Counted from the first letter of the stretch, positions 1 to 9,561 are shown. The stretch is DNA of 64,000 bases from Clostridiales bacterium (GCA_019415945.1 DXYF01000032.1:484-64483); one strand, 5' to 3'. Notes: a model not told the origin generated them from the letters alone. Numbers and translations: made by a program.

Positions 1-322
1 CGTCTTTCCAGACCTCTTTTGCCGCATTAAACGCCGCCCAAGCCTTTGGCCAGCCTGCATAAAATGCGGCATGGGTAAGTATTTCTGCAATTTCGGTTTT
101 CGTGATTCCGTTATTCTTTGCGTTTGTTAAATGATATTGAAACGAAGAATCCGTAATCCCCATGGACATCAAGGCAACCACAGTCACCAATGAGCGATCC
201 CGAAGAGAAAGCTTATCTTCTCTTGACCAGATTTCTCCGAAAAGTACATCATCATTTAATTGTGCAAACTTAGGAGCAAACTCTCCGAGTGCGTTTCTGC
301 CTGCTGTTTGTTTTACCGACAT
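1..322 (-). CDS. Carboxymuconolactone decarboxylase (CMD/AhpD-like) family protein, 3' end runs off the window
   Basis: Manual translation from ATG at 322 (RBS GGAGG upstream): MSVKQTAGRNALGEFAPKFAQLNDDVLFGEIWSREDKLSLRDRSLVTVVALMSMG...LTHAAFYAGWPKAWAAF, typical CMD motifs; not in the ORF track. Confidence 0.85.
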   Translation of the reverse strand, partial: MSVKQTAGRNALGEFAPKFAQLNDDVLFGEIWSREDKLSLRDRSLVTVVALMSMGITDSSFQYHLTNAKNNGITKTEIAEILTHAAFYAGWPKAWAAFNAAKEVWKD

Positions 323-339
323 ATATTAACCTCCGTTCT

Positions 340-720
340 TTAGTCCCAAATTAATTTTCCTGTCTTTACAGCGGACTCATATTTCGAGATTTTATAATTT
401 AATCTGTTGATTGTTTCATTAAGCTGTTTTTGTCTTTCAATCAGTATTTCCCGCTGTTCACTAAGCAAATCCAGCCTAGCTTGAAATGTTGAATCGCCCT
501 CCCTAAACAGCTTTAAATATTCTATTAAAGCTTCAATCGGAAGTCCTGCGTCTCTCATACATTTTGCGTTTTCAACCCATGCTATGTCCTCATCGCTGTA
601 ATCTCTGATGCCGCCCGATGTGCGTGTAACGGGAGGAATTATGCCCACCCTCTCATAATATCTCAATGTTTCGGATGGAATACCGTATTTTTCACTCACT
701 TCTTTAATTGTCAGTCCCAT
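340..720 (-). CDS. MerR-family transcriptional regulator (AdhR-like)
   Basis: TIKEVSEKYGIPSETLRYYERVGII MerR HTH, single Cys in AKCMR; start moved to ATG 720 after RBS GGAGGGG. Confidence 0.9.
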   Translation of the reverse strand: MGLTIKEVSEKYGIPSETLRYYERVGIIPPVTRTSGGIRDYSDEDIAWVENAKCMRDAGLPIEALIEYLKLFREGDSTFQARLDLLSEQREILIERQKQLNETINRLNYKISKYESAVKTGKLIWD

Positions 721-750
721 GACAATCCCCTCCCTTTCTCTGTTGATTTT

Positions 751-781
751 ATTATACAACTTTGAGTTAACTCAAAGTCAA
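751..781 (-). promoter_or_regulatory. MerR-type promoter with operator palindrome
   Basis: TTGACT-19 bp-TATAAT on minus strand with perfect 20-bp palindrome ACTTTGAGTTAACTCAAAGT (759-778); a 19-bp spacer is the hallmark of MerR-regulated promoters. Confidence 0.85.
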
Positions 782-943
782 GACTGTTTTTAAAAAATTT
801 TTCAGTTTTTTGAATTTAAGTCAGTTAGACAACAAAAAACAGGCTGTCGCTATGTAAAGCGTCAGCCCGTTTAAATTTAATAATTTTTCGGATAATAACT
901 CAGTTATTTTAATATTCAAATGCCATCAAAAAATTAATTTCAA

Positions 944-2653
944 TTAAACAACTGTTTTTAGATAATCTTCAATTTCCTTTTCGCTTGACATAGACATAAC
1001 CTTTTCTGCTATTTTATCAGCCTCACTCTTTGTCCAAGTTGAGATAGTTTTTCTGACTTTAAGCACCGACGGAGCAGAAACACTGAATTCTGTCAATCCA
1101 AACGAAATTAAAAGAGGAATCATCATACTGTTTGCCGCTGCCTCGCCGCACATACCTACAGGTATGCCGTTTTTTACGCCGCATTCGATAATGTACTTAA
1201 TAAGGCGAAGAACGCTCGGCTGTAATGCCGAATAAAGATAAGAAACATCGCTGTTGCCGCGGTCACAAGCCATTGTGTAACCTGTCAAATCGTTTGTGCC
1301 TATGCTGAAGAAGTCAGCCTCTTTGGCAAGCAAGTCCGCAATAACCGCAGCCGATGATGTTTCCATCATAACACCGACTTGTATGTCCTCATTAAAACTT
1401 ACATTGTTTTCACGAAGCTCTGACTTTACCTCTTCAACAAGTTTTTTGCCCATACGAAGCTCGTCAAGCGTAGTAATAAGCGGGAACATTATCTTTACAT
1501 CACCGTATGCACTTGCACGCAGGATAGCTCTTAGCTGAGTTTTAAATAAATCACGGTTTTTAAGACAATATCTAATCGCTCTGAAGCCCATAAACGGGTT
1601 TTCTTCCTTTGCAAGACCGAGATACGGCAAATCCTTGTCGCCGCCGATATCAAGCGTTCTGATTATAAGCGATTTGCCTTTTAATATGAGAGCCGCCTTC
1701 TTATACGCATCAAACTGTTCGTCTTCCGTGGGAATCTGGTTTCTGTCCATAAAAAGAAATTCCGTTCTGAACAGACCCACTCCCTCGCCGTCGCACTCAA
1801 CAGCTTTCACCGCGTCATCGGGTTTGCCGATATTGCAGAACAGCTCGTATTCCTCTCCGCTTGCGGATACGGTTTTTCTTCCTCTGTAATTTTCAAGCTC
1901 TCGCTTTTCAGCCAAATACTCATTTCTTTTCTTAGTATATTGTTCAATTTGATTTTTATCGGGGGAGTCAATCACAACACCCTCCGTACCGTCAACTATA
2001 ACTTCATGACCGTCATAAAGCTTTGACACAACACCGTCAACGCTTAACACGGCAGGAATTTCAAGTGCTCTTGCAAGTATTGCCGAATGTGAAGTTTTTC
2101 CGCCTGTTTCGGTAATTATACCTACAATATTTTCTTTGTTTATTCCCGCTGTCATGGAAGGAGTAAGCTCTTTTGCCACGATGACTGTTCCCTTTGGAGC
2201 ATCGCTTATCTTAACCTCCTGAACACCGAGCAAAATACTCAATATACCCGATTTAATATCACGCACATCAGCCGCACGCTGCTTTGTAAGCTCATCATCA
2301 GCCGCCGAAAACATCGCAATAAACATATCGCACATATGCTCAAGTGCAGCTTCGGCACACTGACCGTCGTCAATAAGCTTTTCAATTTCTCCGCATAAAT
2401 ACGGGTCCTTGATTATTTGAATATGACCTTCAAGAATTTCAGCTTCTTTGTCGCCTGTTGATTTTCTCAAATTTTCAGCCTGCTCCATAGTGTTTTTGCA
2501 GAACAAATCAACAGCCTTCTTAAATCTTTCCGATTCTGCGTCCGTATCGGATATCTCCTTTGGTGTGTAATCAAGAGAGAGCTCCTTAATAATGAGAACT
2601 TTTCCGATTCCAACGCCGTCAGACGCGGCAGTACCGTTTAACATATCAATCAC
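944..2653 (-). CDS. ptsI: PTS enzyme I (phosphoenolpyruvate-protein phosphotransferase)
   Basis: GGKTSHSAILAR phospho-His motif, GVGLFRTEFLFM, DFFSIGTNDL, GMCGE. Confidence 0.97.
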   Translation of the reverse strand: MIDMLNGTAASDGVGIGKVLIIKELSLDYTPKEISDTDAESERFKKAVDLFCKNTMEQAENLRKSTGDKEAEILEGHIQIIKDPYLCGEIEKLIDDGQCAEAALEHMCDMFIAMFSAADDELTKQRAADVRDIKSGILSILLGVQEVKISDAPKGTVIVAKELTPSMTAGINKENIVGIITETGGKTSHSAILARALEIPAVLSVDGVVSKLYDGHEVIVDGTEGVVIDSPDKNQIEQYTKKRNEYLAEKRELENYRGRKTVSASGEEYELFCNIGKPDDAVKAVECDGEGVGLFRTEFLFMDRNQIPTEDEQFDAYKKAALILKGKSLIIRTLDIGGDKDLPYLGLAKEENPFMGFRAIRYCLKNRDLFKTQLRAILRASAYGDVKIMFPLITTLDELRMGKKLVEEVKSELRENNVSFNEDIQVGVMMETSSAAVIADLLAKEADFFSIGTNDLTGYTMACDRGNSDVSYLYSALQPSVLRLIKYIIECGVKNGIPVGMCGEAAANSMMIPLLISFGLTEFSVSAPSVLKVRKTISTWTKSEADKIAEKVMSMSSEKEIEDYLKTVV

Positions 2654-2676
2654 CTCGAAAAATGCGGATCCTTATA

Positions 2677-2940
2677 TTACTCTCCAAGCCCGCTTTCAAT
2701 CATCTGAGCAGCTTCTGCAAGAGCCTCGTTTTCGTCAGCTCCGTCGCAAACCACTTCGATCTCGCTTCCGCACTTGATGCAGGCTGCAATAATATTCAAA
2801 AGACTCTTTGCGTTATAGTCTGAACCGTTAAACTTTATTGTAACATCACAGGAATACTTGCCCATAGCGGTTGCAAAAACAGAAGCCGGACGCATATGAA
2901 ATCCCTGTGCATTTGTTATTGTAAGCTGTTTTGATACCAT
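2677..2940 (-). CDS. ptsH: Phosphocarrier protein HPr
   Basis: GFHMRPAS (His15) and NAKSLL (Ser46); start at ATG 2940 after AGGAG. Confidence 0.93.
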   Translation of the reverse strand: MVSKQLTITNAQGFHMRPASVFATAMGKYSCDVTIKFNGSDYNAKSLLNIIAACIKCGSEIEVVCDGADENEALAEAAQMIESGLGE

Positions 2941-3037
2941 TTTAATTTCTCCTTTAATTATTTTGACGCGTTCCGCGGTCTGTGAAAACAAACTGCGGAA
3001 CGCATAAATCTAAGTTTAAAAACCTATGTCAATTATA

Positions 3038-5008
3038 TTATTTTGCTTTTACTCCGTCAAGAGGTCTCTTAAATATTGCGAGAAGCAACATTCCTACGAC
3101 TGAACCAACAACAAGTGAAAGCAGATACATCAGCGGATTGCCTATTGTTGCTACTACGAAGATACCGCCGTGAGGAGCCATCAAAGTACAGCCGAACAAC
3201 CATGAAAGTCCGCCTGCTACAGCAGCACCGATTGCACAGGAAGGAATAACCTTGAGCGGATAAGATGCAGCGTAAGGGATAGCGCCCTCTGTGATGAACG
3301 AAAGACCCATAACATAGTTTACAACACCGTTTTTGCGTTCATCGGCAGTCCATCTGTTCTTAAAGAATGTTGTTGAAAGTGCGATAGCGATTGGAGGAAC
3401 CATACCGCCGATCATTACGGAAGCCATTACCTGATAGCATACATTCTGAACTGCGGGGTCGGTTGTTGCAGCCGCCGTTGTCAACATTCCTGTACCGAAT
3501 ACATATGCAGCCTTGTTGAACGGACCACCCATATCAATAGACATCATAGCACCGAGGATACAGCCGAGAACTATGCCGAGGTTGTTGGCACTGAGCCATG
3601 TAAGACCGAAGTTAAGACCTGTGTTGATAAGTCCCATAATGGGGTTAACGGCGCACATCATAACGCCGATAATGCCAAGACCTGCGAGCGGGTAAATAAG
3701 TACGGGCTTGATTCCCTCAAGAGCATCGGGAAGCTTGTCGCAGAGCTTTTCAACGAGGAGCATCAGATAGCCGCCTGCAAAACCTGCAAGCAATGCACCG
3801 AGGAAGCCTGACGGGATAGTTGAAGCCGCAGCAGGGTCAACAAGAGTTGCACCGTTTGAAGCAAGGAAACCGCCTACAAAGCCAACGAGAAGTCCGGGAC
3901 GGTCAGCGATTGACATAGCAATGAATCCCGCAAGAATCGGGAGCATAAAGTTAAACGCATATCCGCCGATTGTCTTAAACCATGCGGCAACGGGAGTAAC
4001 CGTACCGAAGCTTGAGTTACCGGCAGCCTGAACGCCGCAGGCCGCGTCGATGAGGAATGCAATAGCTATAAAGATACCGCCTGCAACTACAAACGGAAGC
4101 ATATGAGATACGCCGTTCATAAGGTGCTTATAAAGCTGACGGCCGACGCTTTCGTTGCCGACGGGAGCTTCGGATACTTCCTTGTGGCTTGCATGATATA
4201 CGGGAGCTTCGCCGTTTACGATTATGTTGATAAGCTCTTCGGGTTTGTTAATTCCGTCCGAAACCTTTGTCGAATATACGGGCTTGCCGTCGAAACGAGC
4301 TGTTTCAACGCTCTTGTCTGCGGCAATTATAATACCGTCGCAGTTTGCAATTTCTTCGGCTGTAAGCACATTTTTCGCACCGCCTGAGCCGTTTGTTTCA
4401 ACTTTTACCGTGATGCCCATTTTTTCGCCTGCCTTAACAAGAGCCTCGGCAGCCATGTATGTGTGGGCAATACCTGTGGGACATGCTGTTACTGCAAGAA
4501 CTCTGTAGCCTTTCTTTGCAGGTGCTGCGGGAGCAACAGCTTCATCGGGGAATTTTTCCCTTTCCTTTGCGTCGATTATCGAAAGAAATTCATCGGCAGT
4601 TTTTGCAGCCTTGAGGTTAGCAATAAATGTTTCGTCCATGAGAAGCTGCATAAGTCTTGCAAGCACCTCAAGATGAACATCGCCGTCCATTGTTGCCGCA
4701 ATCATAAAAATAAGACTGCACGGCTGTCCGTCTGCCGAATCATAGTCAACGCCGTCTTTAAGCGTAATTGCCGTAAGTGCGGGAGCCTTTACAGCTTCGC
4801 TTTTTGCGTGAGGCACGGCAACGCCCATTCCTACTGCTGTGGTACCCATTTCTTCTCTCTTGTAGATACCTGCCGTAAAAGCGGCAACATCAGTGATATT
4901 TCCGCATTTTTTGTGCAGTGTAATAAGCTTGCTGATAGAATCTCTCTTGTCGGACGCTTCAATATTAAGAGCGATTCCGTCTTTTTTTAGCAAATCGGTT
5001 ATTCGCAT
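3038..5008 (-). CDS. fruA: PTS fructose-specific IIABC component
   Basis: IIA VAVPHAK, IIB VTACPTGIAHTYMAAEAL, IIC DMGGPFNKAAY / FITEGAIP. Confidence 0.95.
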   Translation of the reverse strand: MRITDLLKKDGIALNIEASDKRDSISKLITLHKKCGNITDVAAFTAGIYKREEMGTTAVGMGVAVPHAKSEAVKAPALTAITLKDGVDYDSADGQPCSLIFMIAATMDGDVHLEVLARLMQLLMDETFIANLKAAKTADEFLSIIDAKEREKFPDEAVAPAAPAKKGYRVLAVTACPTGIAHTYMAAEALVKAGEKMGITVKVETNGSGGAKNVLTAEEIANCDGIIIAADKSVETARFDGKPVYSTKVSDGINKPEELINIIVNGEAPVYHASHKEVSEAPVGNESVGRQLYKHLMNGVSHMLPFVVAGGIFIAIAFLIDAACGVQAAGNSSFGTVTPVAAWFKTIGGYAFNFMLPILAGFIAMSIADRPGLLVGFVGGFLASNGATLVDPAAASTIPSGFLGALLAGFAGGYLMLLVEKLCDKLPDALEGIKPVLIYPLAGLGIIGVMMCAVNPIMGLINTGLNFGLTWLSANNLGIVLGCILGAMMSIDMGGPFNKAAYVFGTGMLTTAAATTDPAVQNVCYQVMASVMIGGMVPPIAIALSTTFFKNRWTADERKNGVVNYVMGLSFITEGAIPYAASYPLKVIPSCAIGAAVAGGLSWLFGCTLMAPHGGIFVVATIGNPLMYLLSLVVGSVVGMLLLAIFKRPLDGVKAK

Positions 5009-5023
5009 AATTTTCTCTCCTTT

Positions 5024-5929
5024 TTAATTAAATTTTGCAAGCAATTCATTTATTTTTTCTTTTGTGGCAAGTCCGCTCAAAAACGCCGTTGCATTTCCGC
5101 AGACACTGCCTAATTTGAGTGCATACGGGTAACTGTGCTTCATTTCATAACCTGCAATAAAGCCTGCTACCATTGAGTCGCCTGAGCCTACCGTGTTAAT
5201 AACCTTTTCCTTGAGTACGCCTGCCTTGTGCTTTTCACCGAATTCATCAATGAGCATCGCTCCGTTTTTGCCCAGTGAAATAAGCACATTCCGTGCACCC
5301 ATTTTTTGAAGCTCTTTGGCGTATTTTTCTATGTCCTCTTCGCTGTCAATTTCAGTTTCAAAAATTTCCGAAAGTTCCTGTTTGTTGGGTTTAATCAGAA
5401 ACGGATTATATTTCAGCGAATTAAGCAGAAGCTTTTTAATCGCGTCAACAACAATTCTTACCTTTTTCCCCTTAATCCTGTCAAGTATTCTTTCGTAAAC
5501 ATTGTCAGGCATTGTGTTGGGGACATTTCCCGCAATCACTATTGTGTCGCCGTCTGTAATTCGGTCAACCTTTCCGAGCAGTCTTTCAAGCTCATTTTCA
5601 TCAATGTGAGGTCCCTGACAGTTTATCTCGGTTTCCTCGCCTGCTTTGATTTTTATGTTAATTCTTGATATTCCCTTATTAAGCTTGATAAAGTCGGTGA
5701 TGATTTTGTCGTTGCGTATTCCCTTTTCAATAGCGTCTCCCGTAAATCCGGCAACAAAACCGAAAGCCGTGCTTTCAAGGTCAAGCTCCGCAAGCACACA
5801 GGAAACATTTATCCCCTTGCCGCCGTAATAATACTCCTCGCTTGTTGTGCGGTTTGTAATGCCCGTCACAAGTGAATCAAGCCTTACAACATAGTCAATC
5901 GACGGATTAAGGGTGACTGTATAAATCAT
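5024..5929 (-). CDS. fruK: 1-phosphofructokinase (PfkB family)
   Basis: MIYTVTLNPSID, GGKGINVS, NTVGSGDS; operon context. Confidence 0.95.
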   Translation of the reverse strand: MIYTVTLNPSIDYVVRLDSLVTGITNRTTSEEYYYGGKGINVSCVLAELDLESTAFGFVAGFTGDAIEKGIRNDKIITDFIKLNKGISRINIKIKAGEETEINCQGPHIDENELERLLGKVDRITDGDTIVIAGNVPNTMPDNVYERILDRIKGKKVRIVVDAIKKLLLNSLKYNPFLIKPNKQELSEIFETEIDSEEDIEKYAKELQKMGARNVLISLGKNGAMLIDEFGEKHKAGVLKEKVINTVGSGDSMVAGFIAGYEMKHSYPYALKLGSVCGNATAFLSGLATKEKINELLAKFN

Positions 5930-6675
5930 TTGTTTACCTCCTTTATCACTGTATGTTCAGCAAATCTTTTATCGGGCAGGCTGTCGGTTATAATACAGCA
6001 CTTGTTAAGCTTTGCGAATGTAACGGAACATACTTTTCTGAATTTTGTATGGTCAGCAAGCACAAACGCCATATAGCTCTTTTCAACAGCCTTTTCCTTT
6101 ATGAGAGCCTCGTCAACATCGGGCGTCGTAAAACCCGCCTCAATATCAATTCCGTTAGTTCCCATAAATGCTTTGGTAAAATTAAAACCCGAAATCGAGC
6201 GTATTCCCTCGGTTCCCACAACGGCTTCGGTCAGGGGTTTGATTTTGCCGCCCACCATAAACGCCGAAAAACCTTTGAGCAAAAGCTTTCGTGCGTGGTT
6301 TATTCCGTTGGTTACATAAGTTGCCCGTTCGTTGGTAATATAATCAACAAGGCGTGAAGTCGTTGTCCCTGCGTCAATAAAAACAAAGTCGCTGTCATTT
6401 ATCAGTGCAGCCGAATAAGCGGCAATAGCGTCTTTTTCGGCACTCATAACGGTTTCGCGGTTACTCACATCATATTCAAGCATACCCGCATTCTGTCTTA
6501 CGGAAGTTGCACCTCCGAAAACCTTTTTGAGCATTCCCATTTCATCGAGGCTTGCAAGGTCACGCCTGACGGTGGATTCCGACGCGTCAAGAATGTGCGT
6601 AAGTTCAGAAACGGTTACTGCACCTTTTTCGTTAAGAATCTGTAAAATTGAATGATATCTTTCCTGAGTGAGCAT
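5926..6675 (-). CDS. fruR: DeoR-family fructose operon repressor
   Basis: SESTVRRDL HTH, FIDAGTT; first gene of the fru operon. Confidence 0.9.
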   Translation of the reverse strand: MLTQERYHSILQILNEKGAVTVSELTHILDASESTVRRDLASLDEMGMLKKVFGGATSVRQNAGMLEYDVSNRETVMSAEKDAIAAYSAALINDSDFVFIDAGTTTSRLVDYITNERATYVTNGINHARKLLLKGFSAFMVGGKIKPLTEAVVGTEGIRSISGFNFTKAFMGTNGIDIEAGFTTPDVDEALIKEKAVEKSYMAFVLADHTKFRKVCSVTFAKLNKCCIITDSLPDKRFAEHTVIKEVNK

Positions 6676-6696
6676 AATTTGTTCACCTCTTGATTA

Positions 6697-6750
6697 GATT
6701 ATATCATACAAATCTTCAAAGTCAAGCATTTTCAGTCAAAATATTTCAAA
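6697..6750 (-). promoter_or_regulatory. fru operon promoter with probable FruR repeats
   Basis: Minus strand TTGACT-16 bp-TATAAT with several TTGA repeats overlapping and upstream of the -35 box. Confidence 0.55.
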
Positions 6751-6959
6751 ATTTAAAAATTATTTTGAATTTTTATTTTATTTTCCATATTTTTGAAAAC
6801 AAATTGCAAATATTTTTATTTATTATTTAAAATTCCGCTCAAACTCATTCAAATGCAGTCAAGCAATAAACCGCCCATTTGAACATTATATGCATAATCC
6901 TTTGCATTATGTTGACGGAAAAAAAGTTTTATAATAAAATATAAAAAAGGACTGATATT

Positions 6960-7658
6960 ATGGACAAAAGATTTATAAGAACATCGCTTGTAATCGGCGA
7001 AGAAAACATCGAGAAACTGTCCGACTGTAATTTTGCCGTTGCAGGCGTGGGAGGAGTCGGAGGATATGTGTGCGAGGCTCTGGCAAGAAGCGGAGCAGGC
7101 AGGCTCACGCTCTTTGACGGAGACACGGTTGCAAAGTCAAATATAAACAGACAGATTATTGCTCTTGAATCCACCGTGGGAAAATTTAAAGCTGATGTTA
7201 TGAAAAGCAGGATACTCGATATAAATCCCAACGCACAGGTGACGGCTTTAAATATTTTTATAAATTCCGAAACGGCAGGTCAACTCGAATTTAAACAGTA
7301 CGATTATATTATTGACGCAGTTGACGATATTAAAGCAAAAATTTTGCTTGCCAAAATCGCACAGGAAAACAATATCCCGATAATTTCCGCTATGGGAGCA
7401 GGCAACAAAACCGACCCTACAAAATTTGAAGTTTCCGATATATATAAAACAAGCGTTTGTCCCCTTGCACGAATTATGAGGCGTGAGCTTAAAAAAGCGG
7501 GCGTCAAAAAGCTCAAAACAGTTTACTCGAAAGAAACGCCAAAAAATCCGCCCTACAAAATAGAAGGCGAAAAAACAGTGGGAAGCCTTGCGTTTGTTCC
7601 GTCGGTAATGGGACTGATTATTGCAGGTGAGGTAATAAAGGACATCTGCGGAATTTAA
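6960..7658 (+). CDS. tcdA: tRNA threonylcarbamoyladenosine dehydratase (ThiF family)
   Basis: GVGGVGG, SNINRQ, MGAGNKTDP, DIYKTSVCPLAR. Confidence 0.9.
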   Translation: MDKRFIRTSLVIGEENIEKLSDCNFAVAGVGGVGGYVCEALARSGAGRLTLFDGDTVAKSNINRQIIALESTVGKFKADVMKSRILDINPNAQVTALNIFINSETAGQLEFKQYDYIIDAVDDIKAKILLAKIAQENNIPIISAMGAGNKTDPTKFEVSDIYKTSVCPLARIMRRELKKAGVKKLKTVYSKETPKNPPYKIEGEKTVGSLAFVPSVMGLIIAGEVIKDICGI

Positions 7659-7671
7659 TTTATACAAAATG

Positions 7672-7703
7672 AAAAAACCAACGGATAAATTTCCGTTGGT
7701 TTT
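7672..7703 (+). terminator. Intrinsic terminator after tcdA
   Basis: Stem AACCAACGGA / TCCGTTGGTT followed by T residues. Confidence 0.7.
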
Positions 7704-8043
7704 CCGTTAGCAAAATCTGTTACAATCGCCTGCTGTTATTTTGTAGAATATCGTGAATGTGGTGTTAATATTTTAACGCAGATTCCTGTCAGCACATTGC
7801 CCTGAGTTTTAACAAAACCGCTTATATTTCGCCAAAAGTATTCTAAACAATATGCAATTAAATGATTGGTTGGAATTTAAAGTTATTGTATTATTGTCAG
7901 AAAACTTTTTGAACCCAGAGGGGGATGTTCACTTCATACATATCACCAAAAAACAAATTTCACTGCAAAAAGTTTAATATTACTAAAAGGATATGGTATA
8001 ATATTTTTAAAAAACGATTTTGATTAATTTACTATGTTTTTTA

Positions 8044-8075
8044 ACCCATTTTCGTGAAATAAGTTATTTTTAGAA
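8044..8075 (+). repeat. Left copy of perfect 32-bp inverted repeat flanking the recombinase gene
   Basis: ACCCATTTTCGTGAAATAAGTTATTTTTAGAA; exact reverse complement at 9427-9458. Confidence 0.95.
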
Positions 8076-8084
8076 AAACATAAC

Positions 8085-8111
8085 AAAAACTCGCATTTTA
8101 TGCGAGTTTTT
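8085..8111. terminator. Bidirectional terminator at 3' end of recombinase gene
   Basis: AAAAACTCGCA-TTTTA-TGCGAGTTTTT. Confidence 0.8.
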
Positions 8112-8146
8112 CTTCTGTTTTACCATTTCTTTGACCAAATACAAAT

Positions 8147-9241
8147 TTAAAATAACTTTAATTTGTTAATCTCTTTTAATTTTTGTTGCATAGATATGTG
8201 TACATATTTTTGAAGTGTCATGCTCACATTAGAATGACCGAGAATTTCACTTACGCTTTTTACATCAATACCGTTTTCAATAGCTCTCGTTGCGAATGTA
8301 TGCCTTAAAGCATGAAAATTTATATCATTTATTTTTGCATTTGCAAGAATTTTTTTAAATTTATTTTGTAGGTTTCTGGGTTCAATATAATGTTTATTTC
8401 CTGTAAGGAAATATGTGTTTTTATTAAAATTCTTTACATTTTTGTATATGATTGATATTAGGTCATCTGTCATTGGTATTTCTCTTATTGAGTTGTTTGA
8501 CTTTGGAGATTGTGAAATAATTGTTGTTTTTGAATTATGATAATCATCAACTATCTGCACTCTTTGTATTGTTTTAGATACTTTAATAGTTTTATTTTTT
8601 AAATCTATATCAGACCATTTTAACGCACAAATTTCACCTATGCGTAATCCGGTAAATAAACAAACTAAAATACCTAAGTTTATTAAGTCAATATTATTTA
8701 ATAAATATCTTACTAATTTTTCCTGTTCAAATACCGACAATACTTTCATATTTTCGGCATAAACTTTTTTAAACTGACAAGATGTTATTTCTAAACTCAA
8801 GTTATATTTATCATTTACAAATGAAATGATAGCTTTAAATACAGTTGCAATATTTTTTTGCGTGCTTGGTGCAAGATTATTATTTTTAATTATTAATTCG
8901 TTTAAAGAATTTTTATTTAACTCATATAGTTTGCAGTTATTAAAAAACGGTAAAATATACTTTTCAACAATAAAATTATATTTGGCGTATGAAGATATTT
9001 TTATTGAGCTTTTTTTATATTCAAGCCACTCTTTGCACGCATCTTTAAAATCAGTTTTAATACTGTTTGTGGATTTTTTTAAAGTGTTAGTTTTTATACT
9101 GTCAAGCTTTTCTTTTACTTCTGTATAGGTTTTAGCATAAACTGAAGAATATTTTATTTTCCCATTACTGTCATACTCTTTAAAATACCGTCCCTCCCAT
9201 CTTCCGTCTTTTCTTCTATAAATATTTTGTTTTGTTCTCAT
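8147..9241 (-). CDS. Tyrosine site-specific recombinase/integrase with N-terminal arm-binding-like domain
   Basis: TGLRIGE (R), PKS (K), FHALRHTF (HxxR), LGHS (H), QKYVH (Y); N-terminal NIYRRKDGRWEGRY; start ATG 9241 after AGGTGA; markedly AT-rich. Confidence 0.93.
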   Translation of the reverse strand: MRTKQNIYRRKDGRWEGRYFKEYDSNGKIKYSSVYAKTYTEVKEKLDSIKTNTLKKSTNSIKTDFKDACKEWLEYKKSSIKISSYAKYNFIVEKYILPFFNNCKLYELNKNSLNELIIKNNNLAPSTQKNIATVFKAIISFVNDKYNLSLEITSCQFKKVYAENMKVLSVFEQEKLVRYLLNNIDLINLGILVCLFTGLRIGEICALKWSDIDLKNKTIKVSKTIQRVQIVDDYHNSKTTIISQSPKSNNSIREIPMTDDLISIIYKNVKNFNKNTYFLTGNKHYIEPRNLQNKFKKILANAKINDINFHALRHTFATRAIENGIDVKSVSEILGHSNVSMTLQKYVHISMQQKLKEINKLKLF

Positions 9242-9369
9242 TTTATCACCTACCCATATTTTGTATCTCAAAAAGACCATAGAATTGACCATATTAAGGC
9301 TTGAAAATAACGAATATATAACAAATTTAAGTATTTAAAAAAAAAATTAAAAAAATTTTAAAAAACATA

Positions 9370-9398
9370 TTGACATATAATGGTTAATTTGGTATTAT
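9370..9398 (+). promoter_or_regulatory. Sigma-A promoter inside the IR-bounded segment, pointing outward
   Basis: TTGACA (9370-9375), 17 bp, TATTAT (9393-9398) with extended -10 TG, and upstream A-tracts (UP-element-like). Confidence 0.7.
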
Positions 9399-9426
9399 AA
9401 TATCGAAGTTTGACAGAACTTGCTTA

Positions 9427-9458
9427 TTCTAAAAATAACTTATTTCACGAAAATGGGT
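9427..9458 (-). repeat. Right copy of 32-bp inverted repeat
   Basis: TTCTAAAAATAACTTATTTCACGAAAATGGGT = reverse complement of 8044-8075. Confidence 0.95.
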
Positions 9459-9523
9459 AATAATTTTGCGTTTTGTGTTCCGTAAAATTGTTACCTGTTT
9501 TTATTTTATTAATTTATTAAAGG

Positions 9524-9561
9524 TGAGTTTGCCCCTCAAGTTAAAAATTGGGGCAAACTCA
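9524..9561. terminator. Hairpin/terminator downstream of the amidase gene
   Basis: TGAGTTTGCCCC / GGGGCAAACTCA 12-bp stem. Confidence 0.7.

Noticed and set aside
7737..7941. Minus-strand fragment containing LIAYCLEY as a decayed thioester-domain target gene of the invertible promoter
   Set aside because: No start codon in that frame, stops in all frames, and a 5-residue motif is too weak.
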